A stretch of DNA of 64,000 bases from Phoronis australis (GCA_002633005.1 NMRA01000749.1:104434-168433), one strand, 5' to 3'; positions 28,701 to 39,959 are shown, counted from the stretch's first letter. Notes: a model not told the origin generated them from the sequence alone. Program-made: numbers and translations.

Positions 28701-31700
28701 TAATTATATTAATAAAATGATTCATATCTTTAACATATGAAGGAAGGGTGGGGACAAATTGCTGAAGATGGTAGTCAGCAAACTGAGAAATTTTTTCTGT
28801 AGGACAGTTGTTGCTGGCTATAATTGGGCGTCCAGGATTACCTTCTTTGTGGATTTTTGGAAGGAGATAAAAGCGACTAGGTTGAGCATCATTAGGAATG
28901 AGGTAGTTTTTGGTGTCTTTGTCAATGTGACCTAAATGGAAAGCATTTAAAATAGTTTTAGTTATGAGACTGATATGTTTTGTGTTGGGGTTATTATCTA
29001 AAAGTTTGTAGTATGCTGTGTCATTAAGTTGTCGGAGAGCCTCGTCAATATATTTCTGCTTGCCCATTATAACAACTGCTGATCCTTTATCCCAAATTGA
29101 AGAATTTTTTGTACAAGTCGCATTTGTACTCATTTCAGAAAGAGGAGCTGGTTGCCAACTGTAAAGTGTGTCAGACTAAGTTTGGCAGCCTGCTTCAGAA
29201 GCGATACCATTGTAACGTGTGTGGTCTCGCCGTCTGCTCCAACAGAACGTGTTCAACTAAAGACCTCATTGTCTATGTGCCAAATGCAGGTGGTGGTGAG
29301 GAGTTAGAGCCACAGTTAGCCATCATTAAAATTATCGGTGTGAGTGCTTCTTGAACTTGATTTTAAATTCTCAGAAAGATTTTACAAAACATGAAACTAG
29401 TCTTAACTATGAAAACAGAAATGAACTTGTTTTTTTTCTGTAGTTTAACGTGTCAACTGCTTTATGTGGAGAGCCAGCCTGAAGCTTGGAAACTGTTTTC
29501 ATTGTATTTTCAATTAAAGAACATATTTGTGTATGAATGTCCAGGGTATAGAAATTGAAAATCTCAAAAATCTCCAGGTGGGTGTTAACCTTTTTGTGGA
29601 TTTTTGAAAGCAAAGTTTTTAAAATGTCAGGTGGATGTTTACTACAATTTTGGGAGTTACATTTATGTATACTAAGCCACTTCATATGCAAGAATTAAAT
29701 ACGGGACAAAATGTAGCCAGTGGGCAGCTTGGGAGGAAAAGCAAGTGAATTCTGTGAGTTTTGGGAGCTAAAGTGAGTATGAAGTTATAATCATGTGGTA
29801 CTTAAAAGAACCAAAAACTTTGATTGTAAAAATTAAGGTTGGCCTTAAAAAATAAAAATAAATTGAGTGGCGGGCGTTTAGATGAGTGTGTGTGTGTGTG
29901 TTAATGCAGACTAGTATGGTATTACTACTTTTGTAAAAAGATTGCTGTACCACTAGCAAGCTGCGACCACCTTGAATACCTGTAGTTTTTATTACAGAGT
30001 CCAACTGTGGAGCCTGACCTGTGTGAATATTTGAGGGTCTGCGTTAATTGTCACCGTCAAATGGAAGCTCGACAAGTGGATGAGTATAAAGCATCGACTC
30101 AAATGGATGATGTCACGCCGACATGGCAGAAATACATCGATGTCAGTTTGAAAATGCAAAAGACACAGACCAAAATTGGCGAACAACTTCCGAAAGTAAG
30201 TGGTAAAGATGTTAAGCTTCTTCCTTTGTCTTATCTAAATAGCCTCTGACCCATGTACACAACAATTACAAGACCACATGTTTATTTTTTCTTGTATTCT
30301 ATTAACAGCTAAGGAGTACTTTTGCTCAATTTTAACTTCATTTTGGCATCTTCCTTGAGTTGTGTAATTCTACTAGGCAGCGTACTGTTTTGAAAGATTT
30401 CCTGGAGGTTATATATGACCTTACCAACAAGTCTGTGTTTTCAACCATTAATATTTACAAAGTCATAGATTTTAACTCGGTAAAGATATATTCTCTGAAA
30501 GAAGAAACTCTGCAGAATTTGATTTTAGAGTGTCTGCCAATCTGCCGTTAATTTGGTCATGTGACCATGTCTTTTAGTAAAATTTAGCAAAAAGTAAGGT
30601 ACGATGGTAGTGAAGCAACGGTATCAGGTGACGTCACCAAATTCCATTTTGGTGCAAATGTCCTTCACCTTGTACAGAAGTCAACTTGAAGTTGTGCACA
30701 ATCTCCAAGTTAATATGATATTGCTGCTTTAAATATGGTCTTTGGTAGTAATTACAACACGATGGTATGTTCATTTCTACAGTATCAAGCTTTAATAGAC
30801 AGTATGGCGATCAAGGCTGGGGCTCCTCGCTCTAACCCAAACAATAAGAGCAACATCCAAACCCTGGCAAAGGCAGTGGTAAGTAGGCCTAATGTAACAG
30901 TTAGTCACAAATATTTGCAATAGGTGGCAGTTGGTATGGTAAGGTGTGATGTTTATGAAGTTTCATACCACAGCATTTTAAAAAGTCACTTGAGCACACC
31001 AGAATTGAAAGCACGGTTCCACTGCAAAATGCATTTTGGTGGAGTATGACAAAGAAATTACCACAGAAAAATAATAAAAGGAGTGAAAATGAACTTCAAA
31101 ATGCATTGAATTGTTTTGTAAATTAGTTAATCATTTGCAGGAAAGCTGCTCGAGGCATGCACTATAGTCACACAAAAACTTAAATGAGATGACGGGTTAC
31201 CAAGTTATGTGCGATGTCACAGAATGTTTACCAATCAACAGCTTTCCCACAAAGCATTTGAAAAAAGAAATCGACTGATAATTATTAAATGTGTACTGTC
31301 GTTGAGATCATCGGAATTACATGCAGGACATAATAGCTGTTTGAATAAAGGTTATTTTAAGGAAGTTACTTTTAAATTCATTTTCCTCCCTTTTGAAGTG
31401 ATGGGCAAGTGAAGGTGTCTTTGAAATCCTAGTGTGATTAAGATTTATTCCTGACTGTTTGCTAATTAATTGCTTAATTTCCAGAGTGACTTGTCCGACC
31501 ATTTCACTCAGTTTGTTGTGACATTGGATCAGTTGAAAAAGGCCAAGCCTGCCACCAGGTGTCAGCAGGTGATTGTGAAGAACATGATCAGAGTAAGATA
31601 TTTTAATTTCAATTTGTCTAGGTTTTCTGGTTTCATGTCATCTGATAATAAAAGCAAATATTGAGTGAGTAGTTGTCAGTCTAAAGTCGAATACATCGCA

Positions 31701-34700
31701 GGACAGGTGTTTAATTTCGTTGAAGTAATGGATGGCGAGAGTTGTGAAGGAAATCAGTAGATTTCTGAAATAATGGTCATGTGAAAAAGTAGTAGACACT
31801 TTTTAGAAGTTGCAATTTTGCTGATTTGATCAGAAGAGGTTTTGTCGTTTTTTAAACTGTCTAGCTATTTTTGAAAGCAAAATTGTCCATAAATGTTAAT
31901 GTTGTGTCTTTTGGAGATTATAGATGGCTACATCATGTGATTAGTTAACATGTTTTATTCAGAGGAAGCAACGTTGATGGTCTTCATCAATTTCCGCCGT
32001 GGTTTCTTCAGTTCTGTTTTTCTGTTGTTGTTTCAATACCAGATCATAGTTTGAAATAATTATTTGTCACTGCCAATATTCTAATGAATATGGACCACCC
32101 AGGGCTATTGTTGCGACTGATTTATTGATTGTTTTGGCGTGGATGTTTTTTTTTTCAAATCAGCTACTCAGTGATTATCTGATGTATGCTTACAAAATTT
32201 TATATTTGGTGTGCAAAATCATATTACATATTTTGTTTCGTTTCACCTGGGCAGGTTTGTTGCTGAGGTACCATGGATTTATATTTTATATATTATCAAT
32301 AATAAAAGTGTGAAATTCATTTGTTTTTGCTACTTATTGGCCTGCAAAGCATTGGTCTTTGCAACACATTTATCCTTGCAACAGACTAGTCTTGCAACGT
32401 AACGCTGTTTGCAACACAATGGTCTGTAACTAATTGTTCGGTCTTGCAAAACATGGATCATTACAACACATTAATCCTTGCAACTTATTGCTCTTTGCAA
32501 CATGCTTGTCTTTAACTCATAGTTTTTGCAAAACATTGGTCTTTGCAACACGTTAGTTCTTGCAACTTGTTCATCTTTGCAACACATTTGGTATTTGCAA
32601 CACATCGATCTTTGCAACACATTGGTGCTTGCAACTCATTCATCTTTGCAACTCATTGGTCATGGCAACTCCTGTTTCAGGCATACTGCGACTATTATCT
32701 GGAGACCCAATTTACATTCCGAGAGTTGAAGTGTAGACTTGAAGAAGTGACACCTATGGAGATACTAGAATGTATTCAGGGCATTGTGGATAAAAATGTG
32801 AGTCAAAGGCTACTTGGGATTCCCTTAACTGTGGTCCAAAGGTTTGGAAGTAGCTTTCATCATCCCGCATGCCAAATTGGAGATAATCTCAGAAGATTAT
32901 TTTGTCCCTCAAAGTGACCGTAAAAAAGCCTATTTTGTGGGATCGTATTCGACCGCTTTTTGCTCTCTCGTGTATTGTTTGGAAATGACATTTTAAGTAT
33001 TTCTATATGACTTTGTTTTCAAAGCATGACTTTTCCTAATGGTATGAGGGTTTTGCGTACAATACACTTTATGATTATTACCAAACTATAACTAGTGGTG
33101 TGACTGTAAGACTTCTAGTTTTAATATCTCTAAAGGCATCTGCTAAGTAGTAGATGTCTTGCGCAGCGCTCATACTCTTCGTGATGCTTGCTGTCAATCT
33201 TTCAGGCCATCAACAGTGCTTATGTGTCTGTTAAACAGCTGGCTTTGGAAACGCTGATGTACTGTGACAGGCATCAGCTTGAGGCGGATATTCCACAGCT
33301 AATTGCTTGCGCAGAGGAGGTAGACGTAACATTTTTGTAACAAATCGGTGTCAAGTGTAGCCCGATTGTGAATCTGACAGGAATGTTAATTAAAGTTAAA
33401 TGTTTTGCGAAGCATGTATGGCGCAGTTTTGTACGATTTTTCAAACATTAATGCAAAACAAACATTCATTTGGCAGTTATAGTGTTGAAGAACATTCGTC
33501 ATTTAAAAACACTTCCTTTCAGTTTCTTATGTGCGTTTACAATGATAATGCATAAGGTCTGATAACCTATTCAAGCTCTACTACTGCAGGTGATTCATAA
33601 GGTTTGACAATCTATCCAGGTCAGGGCTTGGAATTTTCCGCGGAAACGCGGATTTCCGCTTTTTTGAAATGTGCTTTCCGCTTTTTTTATAATATTTCCG
33701 CGTAAAAAAATCGGATTTGATATGAAATTTCCGCGGCAAATTCCTTTCTTACCGCAGCGTTGCAGACGACGTTCACCTCGGAAAGCGGAAGTCTTTATGT
33801 TTCGGAGGAACGTAAATTGTCAACATTGCCGGGGCATCTGGGTAAAGCATCTGGGTAAAGCGTGGTCTGATTTTCAATGGCGGCTCGTGTTATTGTTAAG
33901 CGCGGCGACAAATACTACCGCTCTGCAGCCAAATTTGTGTGGGTTGGGAGTGGACGGGCGAGCGAAAAGGACGCAGACGCATGCTACTGATGGTGTGATG
34001 GTGGTAACGTTTTTTNACTTGAAGAAGTGACACCTATGGAGATACTAGAATGTATTCAGGGCATTGTGGATAAAAATGTGAGTCAAAGGTTACTTAGGAT
34101 TTCCTTAACTGTGGTCCAAAGGTTTGGAAGTAGTAGCTTTCATCATCCCGCATGCCAAATTGGAGAAAATATCGGAAGATTATTTTGTCCCTCAAAGTGA
34201 CCATAAAAAAGCCTATTTTGTGGGATCGTAATCGACTGCTTTTTGCTCTCTCGTGTATTGTTTGGAAGTGACATTTTAAGTATTTCTATATGACTTTGTT
34301 TGTTTTCAAGGCATGACTTTTCCTAATGGCATGAGGTGTTGCATACAATACATTTTACTGTTATTACCAGACTATAACTAGTGGTGTGACCGTAAGACTT
34401 CTAGTTTTAATATCTCTAAAGGCATCTGCTAAGTAGTATATGTCTTGTGCAGCGCTCATACACTTTGTGATGCTTGCTGTCAATCTTTCAGGCCATCAAC
34501 AGTGCTTATGTGTCTGTTAAACAGCTGGCTTTGGAAACACTGATGTACTGTGACAGGCATCAGCTTGAGGCGGACATTCCACAGCTAATTGCTTGCGCAG
34601 AGGAGGTAGTAACATTTTTGTAACAAATCGATGTCAAGTGTAGCCCGATTGTGAATCAGATCAGTTGATCCATTCTTGTTGTTTTATTTACCGATTTATA

Positions 34701-37273
34701 TTCTACATTTCGTGAAACAATAGTATCCTTGGGAGGATCTGGATCGCCTTATTTAGTTTCAGATTTATTTTCTACGTTATGAATCTGACAGGAATGTTAA
34801 TTAATGTTAAATGTTTTGCGAAGCATGTATGACGCAGATTTGTACAATTTTTCGAACATTAATGCAAAACAAACAATGGCAGTTATAGTGTTGCAGAACA
34901 TTCATCATTTATAAAAACTTCCTTTCAGTTTTTTATGTGCGTTCACAATGATAATGCATAAGGTCTGACAACCTATTCAAGCTCTACTACTGCAGGTGAT
35001 TCATAAGGTTTGACAATCTATCCAGGTTTTATATACTGTAGGTGATTCATAAGGTCTGACAACCTATTCAGACTCTAATACTGTAGGTTATTCATAAGGT
35101 CAAACACCAGAGTCAAATTTTGAAGGCTTGTTGCTTGTGATTACAGCAAATTTGAAAGACATTTTTCAAGACCCAAATGGGTATTTTGTCCTGTTGTTGA
35201 TTTATACTGTATTGTTACTGTATGTTTACTTGATAGCATAAATGGTGGGTTGAAGCAGAGTTCATTGTAAATTTGCGTTGACGTAATTTTCTTGGAACTT
35301 GTAAGCATTTACATTGTATGGATTTGAACCACCGGTTGCATTGTTTTTGCTTTTGATCTTCAAAGGTTCTACTGCATGAGCTGAGGGAATGTGTTGAGAA
35401 GGCCAAGGAAAGTTGGGAGGAACATGAACAACATGTGAATGAGATGTTGAAAGACCAACTGAAGGTAGACTCCTGTGTATTGTTCATTAATGGTCATTAT
35501 TTAATCACCGTTTCCACTTTCCAGTTATTGAACTTTTGAACCAACAAAGCGTAAAAAAATTATTGCTGGCGGTCTGGCACATGCTGTACCAAACTTGTGC
35601 AGGCTGCTCTGGTGAACCGTTGCACTGGTCACCTGGAACCATTTTTGTGCTTTATTGCTATTTAGTTAAAACCGAGCTGACCAGCTGGAGACCTGACTTA
35701 ACGGTCTAGCAGTGTGCCCTAGTGGCATTCGAACCCACGACCTTGAGTAAAGAAAGTAAACACTTATACCAGCTGGCCACACTGCCTCCTCCCAACTAAA
35801 GCTAGGCCATAATGCGCGTATTACCTGTGTATTACTTTTAACACTTTTCTATTGATTGAAATTTTAAAGTTGAATTTAGCACTGTTTAGGTATTTAATAT
35901 CACTATTACCTGGGAACATTCCATTTCACACAATGGGGTGCTGAATGTTTTGATTTCATTTTGTAATCTTTACACTTTTTGGATTCTTTGGTCGGAATGG
36001 AGCTCGTGGTATTTTTGGCTCGATAAAGTTCTTCATTCTTGTTGAACCTTACGTTGAAGTCGGCCATTTTTGGTCCATTCATGAAGTTCCCAACATTAAG
36101 GAAAGCTGATGCTTTTTGGAATTATTCTTAATGAAGGTGCAAATACTGGTTATCTTAGACATATTTTTACAGAATACGTAAGTTATTCTCCAAGAGCCTG
36201 TTTGTAACACTATAGTGCCTCACAATATTTTTGCGCACAGAGTTTAAACGCAAATATGACAAAACATATGACTGGTTATCAGTCTCTGTTTAGACTCTGT
36301 GCCAAAAACATTATAAAGTTATGAAGTTTTGTGAAATGAATCCTTATTTGCTGCGAAATAGCAGTTGGCATAACTATGTTTCTTTGTTCCACAGTGATGA
36401 CTGATGGAACTTGGACAGTTTAACCCATCACACGGTGCTCATTGAAAAACACCAACATTGTCACTCAAGTTGCTTGTCCAGGTTGTGCGCATGCAATGTG
36501 GTCTCAGTATAAAAACCTGGTTGTGTTGATCTGTCTTAGTGCTCTTTATTCTGTAGAGATAACATTCCAATACCAGTGTCCTGAAATGAACATTCTGATG
36601 AGTGACTGACTTTGTTGTGAGATTGACTTAGTTTTCAAAGTGTGAGTCACTTCTGGATTAAGACAGACGAGCAATATTGGAGAACATCTGCCCAGATTAG
36701 GTAGTTCTCTTTGCCAGCCCTGAAACTTACAATGTAGAAGAAAACTTTTGCTTACATAAGAACATGAAAGATACAACAACTTCATAAATGTAATAACCAC
36801 CATGACAACTGACTCACAGATGTGCAGCATTGTGGGTAATTATTGTTGAATCTAGAGTGGCGCTGCGGTAACTCAGGACAGGCTTATCCTTAAAATGTGG
36901 TTCCTACTGTCTATTTCACAAATTCATAGCTCATAACAAGAATTTTTTAGTCCAAAGTTAACAGTTCATGTTTCAAAGTTTAATGACTAATTAAATCACG
37001 AGTAATGTTCTTTTGTTTTAGAATCACCGACTTATCAAACTGTCAAAACGACTGACTGCTCAGGACGGGTCGCGTCATGTCAGAGGACACATGTTGAATC
37101 GCTGCGATCAAATCCTCACATCGATCAAGATCCAGATGGCTTCAAAGTGTTCCCATAGAAACTTCCAGTGTTCAAAAGAGGAGCTTGAAACACTACACAT
37201 GAAATTGCTGGAGCTGCTTGTTGAACACTCTGCTATTTCTTCAGCCTTTGTGACAGTTGGTTCTTTTCATTGA
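13739..37273 (+). CDS. Multi-exon tandem-FYVE zinc-finger protein, Vac1/Pep7/rabenosyn-5-like (~582 aa from this ATG)
   Basis: Phase-consistent GT-AG exons: 13739-13853, 15537-15642, 17161-17251, 17944-18071, 25599-25722, 29139-29339, 29998-30195, 30783-30878, 31485-31592, 32681-32797, 33206-33319 (allelic copy 34492-34605), 35366-35464, 37022-37273 (TGA). FYVE1: ITRNHWKPS..CANSDC..FGLTDRKHHCRRCGDIFCDNC..KVCKAC. FYVE2: PSW..CKVCQTKF..KRYHCNVCGLAVCS..C..RVCVNC. The two copies of exon 11 differ only at synonymous sites (ACG/ACA, GAT/GAC). Confidence 0.88.
15107..15510. mobile_element. MITE with ~45-bp TIRs (PIF/Harbinger-like); partial copy at ~60143-60460
   Basis: GGTTGCATGAAACAGTCCCAAATAGGGTCTCAA / TTGAGTCCCTGTTTGGGACTGTTTCATGCAACTAG inverted pair. 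Internal homology to 60.1-60.5 kb. Confidence 0.7.
15652..16413. mobile_element. Non-autonomous DNA transposon (hAT-like CAG termini) with 6-bp TSD
   Basis: TIR CAGGGATATACTTAG / CTAGGTATATCTCTG. TSD AGTATG at 15646-15651 and 16414-16419. Confidence 0.8.
16915..17119 (+). mobile_element. tRNA-derived SINE
   Basis: A-box-like GGCCTAGTGG and B-box GGTTCGAGTTCC. The body is homologous to the reverse complement of 35556-35789. Confidence 0.65.
18971..25474 (+). mobile_element. Full-length hAT DNA transposon within a FYVE-gene intron
   Basis: 15-bp TIRs CAGGCCTTCATC(T/C)AG. Perfect 8-bp TSD TTGCCGGG at 18963-18970 and 25475-25482. Repeated subterminal GGACGCCC motifs. Internal transposase. Contains the N gap 19673-20293. 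Confidence 0.93.
20493..24681 (+). pseudogene. Intron-containing hAT transposase (TTF zinc finger + DDE RNase-H fold + hAT C-terminal dimerisation; ZNF862-like), disrupted
   Basis: Approximate exons 20493-20821, 21798-21937, 22462-22592, ~22705/22721-23002, 23109-23476, 23597-23845, 23959-24086, 24207-24333, 24455-24681. Motifs: WLKSFPWL..CVYC..HVTSEDH, LDESTD, SDGAS, HCVCHRL, RWLS, EAEQAFS. In-frame TAG at 22778-22780, a frameshift near 23310, and a phase mismatch or missing segment between 21937 and 22462. Confidence 0.85.
26542..26790. mobile_element. MITE with GGGCCTGTT termini
   Basis: GGGCCTGTTGTAAGAAACTGACTTA ... TAAGTCACTTTTGTTGGAACAGGCCC inverted ends, with internal TTAAG repeats. 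Confidence 0.6.
27028..29089 (-). mobile_element. 5'-truncated Penelope-like retroelement (probably Neptune-type)
   Basis: Flanked by direct repeat TCCCAAATTGA (27017-27027 and 29090-29100). Contains an RT + GIY-YIG ORF and a ~265-bp 3' tail. Confidence 0.92.
27153..27192 (-). ncRNA. Minimal type-I hammerhead ribozyme-like motif (U3-A8 core variant) in the Penelope 3' region
   Basis: Minus strand reads TTTG TTGACAA A GAAAGT TATT ACATCC GAAA AT TT|CAAA. Stem I is TTTG/CAAA, the core is UUGACAA...GAAA..UU, loop III is palindromic AATT, and stem II is imperfect (2 mismatches). Confidence 0.55.
27295..29133 (-). CDS. Penelope-like reverse transcriptase + GIY-YIG endonuclease (N-terminally truncated; first ~14 aa come from host sequence)
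   Basis: DKG, LLPKIHK..PGRPII, LDVKSLYTNIP, GTAMG, RYIDD RT motifs. Cys linker CNKTRCKMC. IIYLITCKKC..YVGQT..RFRNH..REQYWI..PHGLN endonuclease. No internal stops. Confidence 0.92.
   Translation of the reverse strand: MSTNATCTKNSSIWDKGSAVVIMGKQKYIDEALRQLNDTAYYKLLDNNPNTKHISLITKTILNAFHLGHIDKDTKNYLIPNDAQPSRFYLLPKIHKEGNPGRPIIASNNCPTEKISQFADYHLQQFVPTLPSYVKDMNHFINIIKNISDLPKNALLVTLDVKSLYTNIPQHEGIEACTKFLSQRNNPNVPTSFIRPLLEHVLTMNHFTFNNNHYLQILGTAMGTRVAPTFANLFMGNLENSFIKSCSEKPLLWLRYIDDIFMIWTHGPQKLDVFLENINKFHPTIKFTHDISQNKVSFLDVTITLNNDKLETDLFCKETDKHQYLSYHSCHPFHCKKSLPYSLALRIRRICSEETSFNNRLKELKYYLIQRHFPLHLIHKQFDKVRSITRNESLRTKTKGNTTNRIPFITMFNPCLNGISHVFKKHLSTLHISPQMKNLFPHPPIISWRKCKNLKNYLVKANIDNIHQTDKPIGNTQCNKTRCKMCNFINDSTFFQSSQTNENFEIKHYSDCTTNNIIYLITCKKCSIQYVGQTQHNLQTRFRNHRFNIIHKNISDTIGNHFNSKNHNIQDLSVQIIEKLQHPSTPHRLKREQYWIDKLNTIEPHGLNIKTS
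32340..32670. repeat. Degenerate ~18-bp TTGCAACACATTGGTC tandem repeat just upstream of an exon acceptor
   Basis: TTGCAAC recurs about every 18-20 bp. Confidence 0.75.
33622..34015 (+). mobile_element. MITE family A copy, haplotype-specific, cut off by the assembly N
   Basis: Starts CAGGGCTTGGAATTTTCCGCGG and is homologous to 54133-54607. The allelic copy near 35021-35030 lacks it. Confidence 0.8.
34658..34779 (+). mobile_element. 122-bp retroposed fragment of the Penelope 3' end
   Basis: Nearly identical to the reverse complement of 27032-27150. TSD TGAATC at 34652-34657 and 34780-34785. The allelic copy near 33369 has a single TGAATC (empty site). Confidence 0.85.
35556..35789 (-). mobile_element. 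tRNA-derived SINE, same family as 16915-17119
   Basis: Minus strand GGAGGCAGTGTGGCCAGCTGG..GGTCGTGGGTTCGAATGCC..GGGCACACTGCTAGACC shared body, ending in a T-rich tail. Confidence 0.65.
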
Positions 37274-37989
37274 ACGTTGCATGTTTTCTAGTGGAAATTT
37301 TTGGTTACCCAAAGAGGAACTTAAAAGACTTCCTTCGGATAGCTAAGTCCTGATTCAACTCTCTTCTTTTGTGAAGGTAAAAAAACGTTGTACGATTTAA
37401 CTGGTTTTCGAAAACATAGGCCACTAACATACTTCTGAGCTGAGTCGGACAAGTGAACACTAAACAATAAAGCTGTCGGCATTAGACTTTCACATGATGA
37501 ACTACTTTTTATGTAAAATAGTGCTAAGCATGAAAGCTGTGCATGTATACAAAACTCTGGATTTCCAATGTTATGGATAAATACTGCAGAATCAAAGAAT
37601 TAGAATGGCGCTTTGGTACTTCAGGATGTGGCTTTTACTGTAGGTCATAGTTGAGTTTCATGATGCACCTACATTTAGTTTGTGTCGCACTGACGTCTTT
37701 TCCTTGAAGAGAGGAGGGTGTGTATTGTGTTGTCGCAAGATCTAAAATGTGCAATGTCACTGTTAAGATTGACTGCTGCATGTGGATTTCACATGTTTTC
37801 ATTGACATTACTGAGAGTGGTGAATCCCGGATTTTCACTGAGTGGTTTGTTCCTAAATTGAACTCGTTGTTGGATTGTGTCAAAAGTGTTATTTAGATTT
37901 ACATGCTTGCTATTTCCCCTTTATGTACTTAGGTGTGTTACGAATCTACCTTGTGTCAATAATAAGATGGCTGTGTTATTCCTCGGCCA

Positions 37990-38232
37990 TGTTCAATAAG
38001 GTAACTCGACCCAGTTGTTCATTTTGTGTGTCCGACCACGTTCAATAAGGTAACTCGACCCAGTTGTTCATTTTATGTGTCCGACCTTGTTCAATAAGGT
38101 TACTGGACCCAGTTGTTCATGTTATGTGTCCGACCTTGTTCAATAAGGTTACTCGACCCAGTTATTCATGTTATGTGTCCGACCTTATTCAATAAGGTTA
38201 CTCGACCCAGTTGTTCATGTTATGTGTCCGAC
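37990..38232. repeat. 49-bp minisatellite, ~5 copies, downstream of the FYVE stop codon
   Basis: Unit TGTTCAATAAGGTTACTCGACCCAGTTGTTCATGTTATGTGTCCGACCT. Confidence 0.9.
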
Positions 38233-39959
38233 GATGGAGGCCAGCAACAGAGAATTGTCAGCTCTTCTCAAGCCCTGTTATCATTTCTAACCTGAAGTAT
38301 CTAACGAGTTTGTTCAAAATATATTTTTTTCTGACGGAAGATGGATACATTCCTGCTTAAATATGTGAGCTGCGGCGAGTCTTGAACTAAATTTTGAAAA
38401 GTATGTCTTTGCTATAGTTATTGCTCAGGTACACGTTTGAGTTGTGCAGTTTTTATTTGAATAATACTAATGTGCCATATTGATTATGTTTTGCGGTACA
38501 CTTGAGGTGAATGGTTTGACTAAGTGTGTGCCTTGCTGCAAGTATTTTTTCAATTTCGCTAGATGTGATTGGTCAATTTTTTAGTTGAGGTCACATGGAT
38601 ACAGACAAGTACAGTACATGCCAAAAGTATTCTAACAAAATGACCCAGAATTCCCCCAACATTATGTCTGTGTGGAAGCCAAATTCCTCATCAGCGCAGT
38701 CTTCCCTCGTGACCGAGAATGATGGGAGATTTCAGGAAAGTCAGTTGGGAGACTAAGCCATTTTGTAATTAGAATTTTGCTGCCGTAATTTTTATTAACA
38801 CTCAGTTTTATAGAATTATCTGTCATGACGGGGAAAATGGTATTTTGTTTGATTACTTTTGTTTTATACTGTAATTGCATTTCTTCCTGAGATATGTGTG
38901 AAAATGAGAAGACTGAAGTTTTAATGAGAAACTTTTGTATGGCTAATACAGAGAGAGAATATAAGATAAGAAAAGTTAATTAATGAAGGTAATACGAAAG
39001 AAACAAATAAAAAGAAAGTTATGCTTTTTGGTGTCACGGCGGAACAGTAAATCATTTTTAGTAGTTAGAGTTTATGTGCGTTACCCTGTTTAATAAATAC
39101 AATTTGACATCTGTACCTGAAGTGTTTTGGTGGTCATGTTTCATTATTGAAGTCACATACTTAGAAAACCAAAATTTTTCCAAGGGCAAACTGAGACTTG
39201 AGTTGTATTTCCTGACTTTATGTGATGAAAGAAGAATTCATTGATTGATTCTGTAGCTAGTCTCATTGTTACAATCCTCAATTCTTCTTTAAAGTTACTG
39301 TATTTCATTTAAAGGATATGCTGGAAAATTGTACATGAAATCAATGTTATTATTTTTTGGGATTCCTTGAAAAAGCAACAATTCAATGGCAAGTTGTTGG
39401 ATTTCTCTTTTTATCTAATAAAGGATCCTGATGGGTTGTATTAATTAGTGAAAAAAACAATCTATCATGTAAACTGTGTAGGAGTTAAATCCTAAGTTTA
39501 ATTAACTAGCAAAATAGAATTCAAGATTTAATTTACTGTTACCAGTTTGTTAAAAGGGCAATATTGTTGCTTGGAAAGTAGAAAGCATAGTTTTTAAATT
39601 TCTTTATAATTGAAATTGTTTAATTGTTTGAGGTATTCAGATTTTTGTTATCATGTGACCAATGCAAAATACAAGATTTTTTTACATTTCTATTATTTTA
39701 GAGGTATACCTGTATTTGATATGTTCTAGTGATTTTTTTGTATTTGAATCGAATGTGCATTTATTGTACTTAAATCTATTTCGTCCTGGAATATGAAAAG
39801 TAGACTGAAATAGTTGAAAATTGTATGTTCATTAGTATTGTTATTCAGAATCTGGAGAACGTATTATTTGTCATTTAAAAATATTGCTTAATAAACACAT
39901 ATTTTTATAAAATTGTGATTTGAATACATTGTCGTTCATTAACCAGTAAGTTGTTAGAT

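Larger units (their letters stand above)
32737..35027. repeat. ~0.9-kb direct duplication (32737-33621 / 34017-35027) across a single N; probable allelic haplotypes
   Basis: Duplicates part of exon 10 and all of exon 11. N at 34016. Each copy carries a different private insertion. Confidence 0.85.

Noticed and set aside
34017-34605. Tandem exon duplication or mutually exclusive exon 11
   Set aside because: It begins mid-exon at a single N and the flanking introns are near-identical, so it is best explained as an allelic assembly duplication.
37990-38232. Regularly spaced repeat resembling a CRISPR array
   Set aside because: Head-to-tail 49-bp units without variable spacers, in a eukaryotic context with no cas genes.
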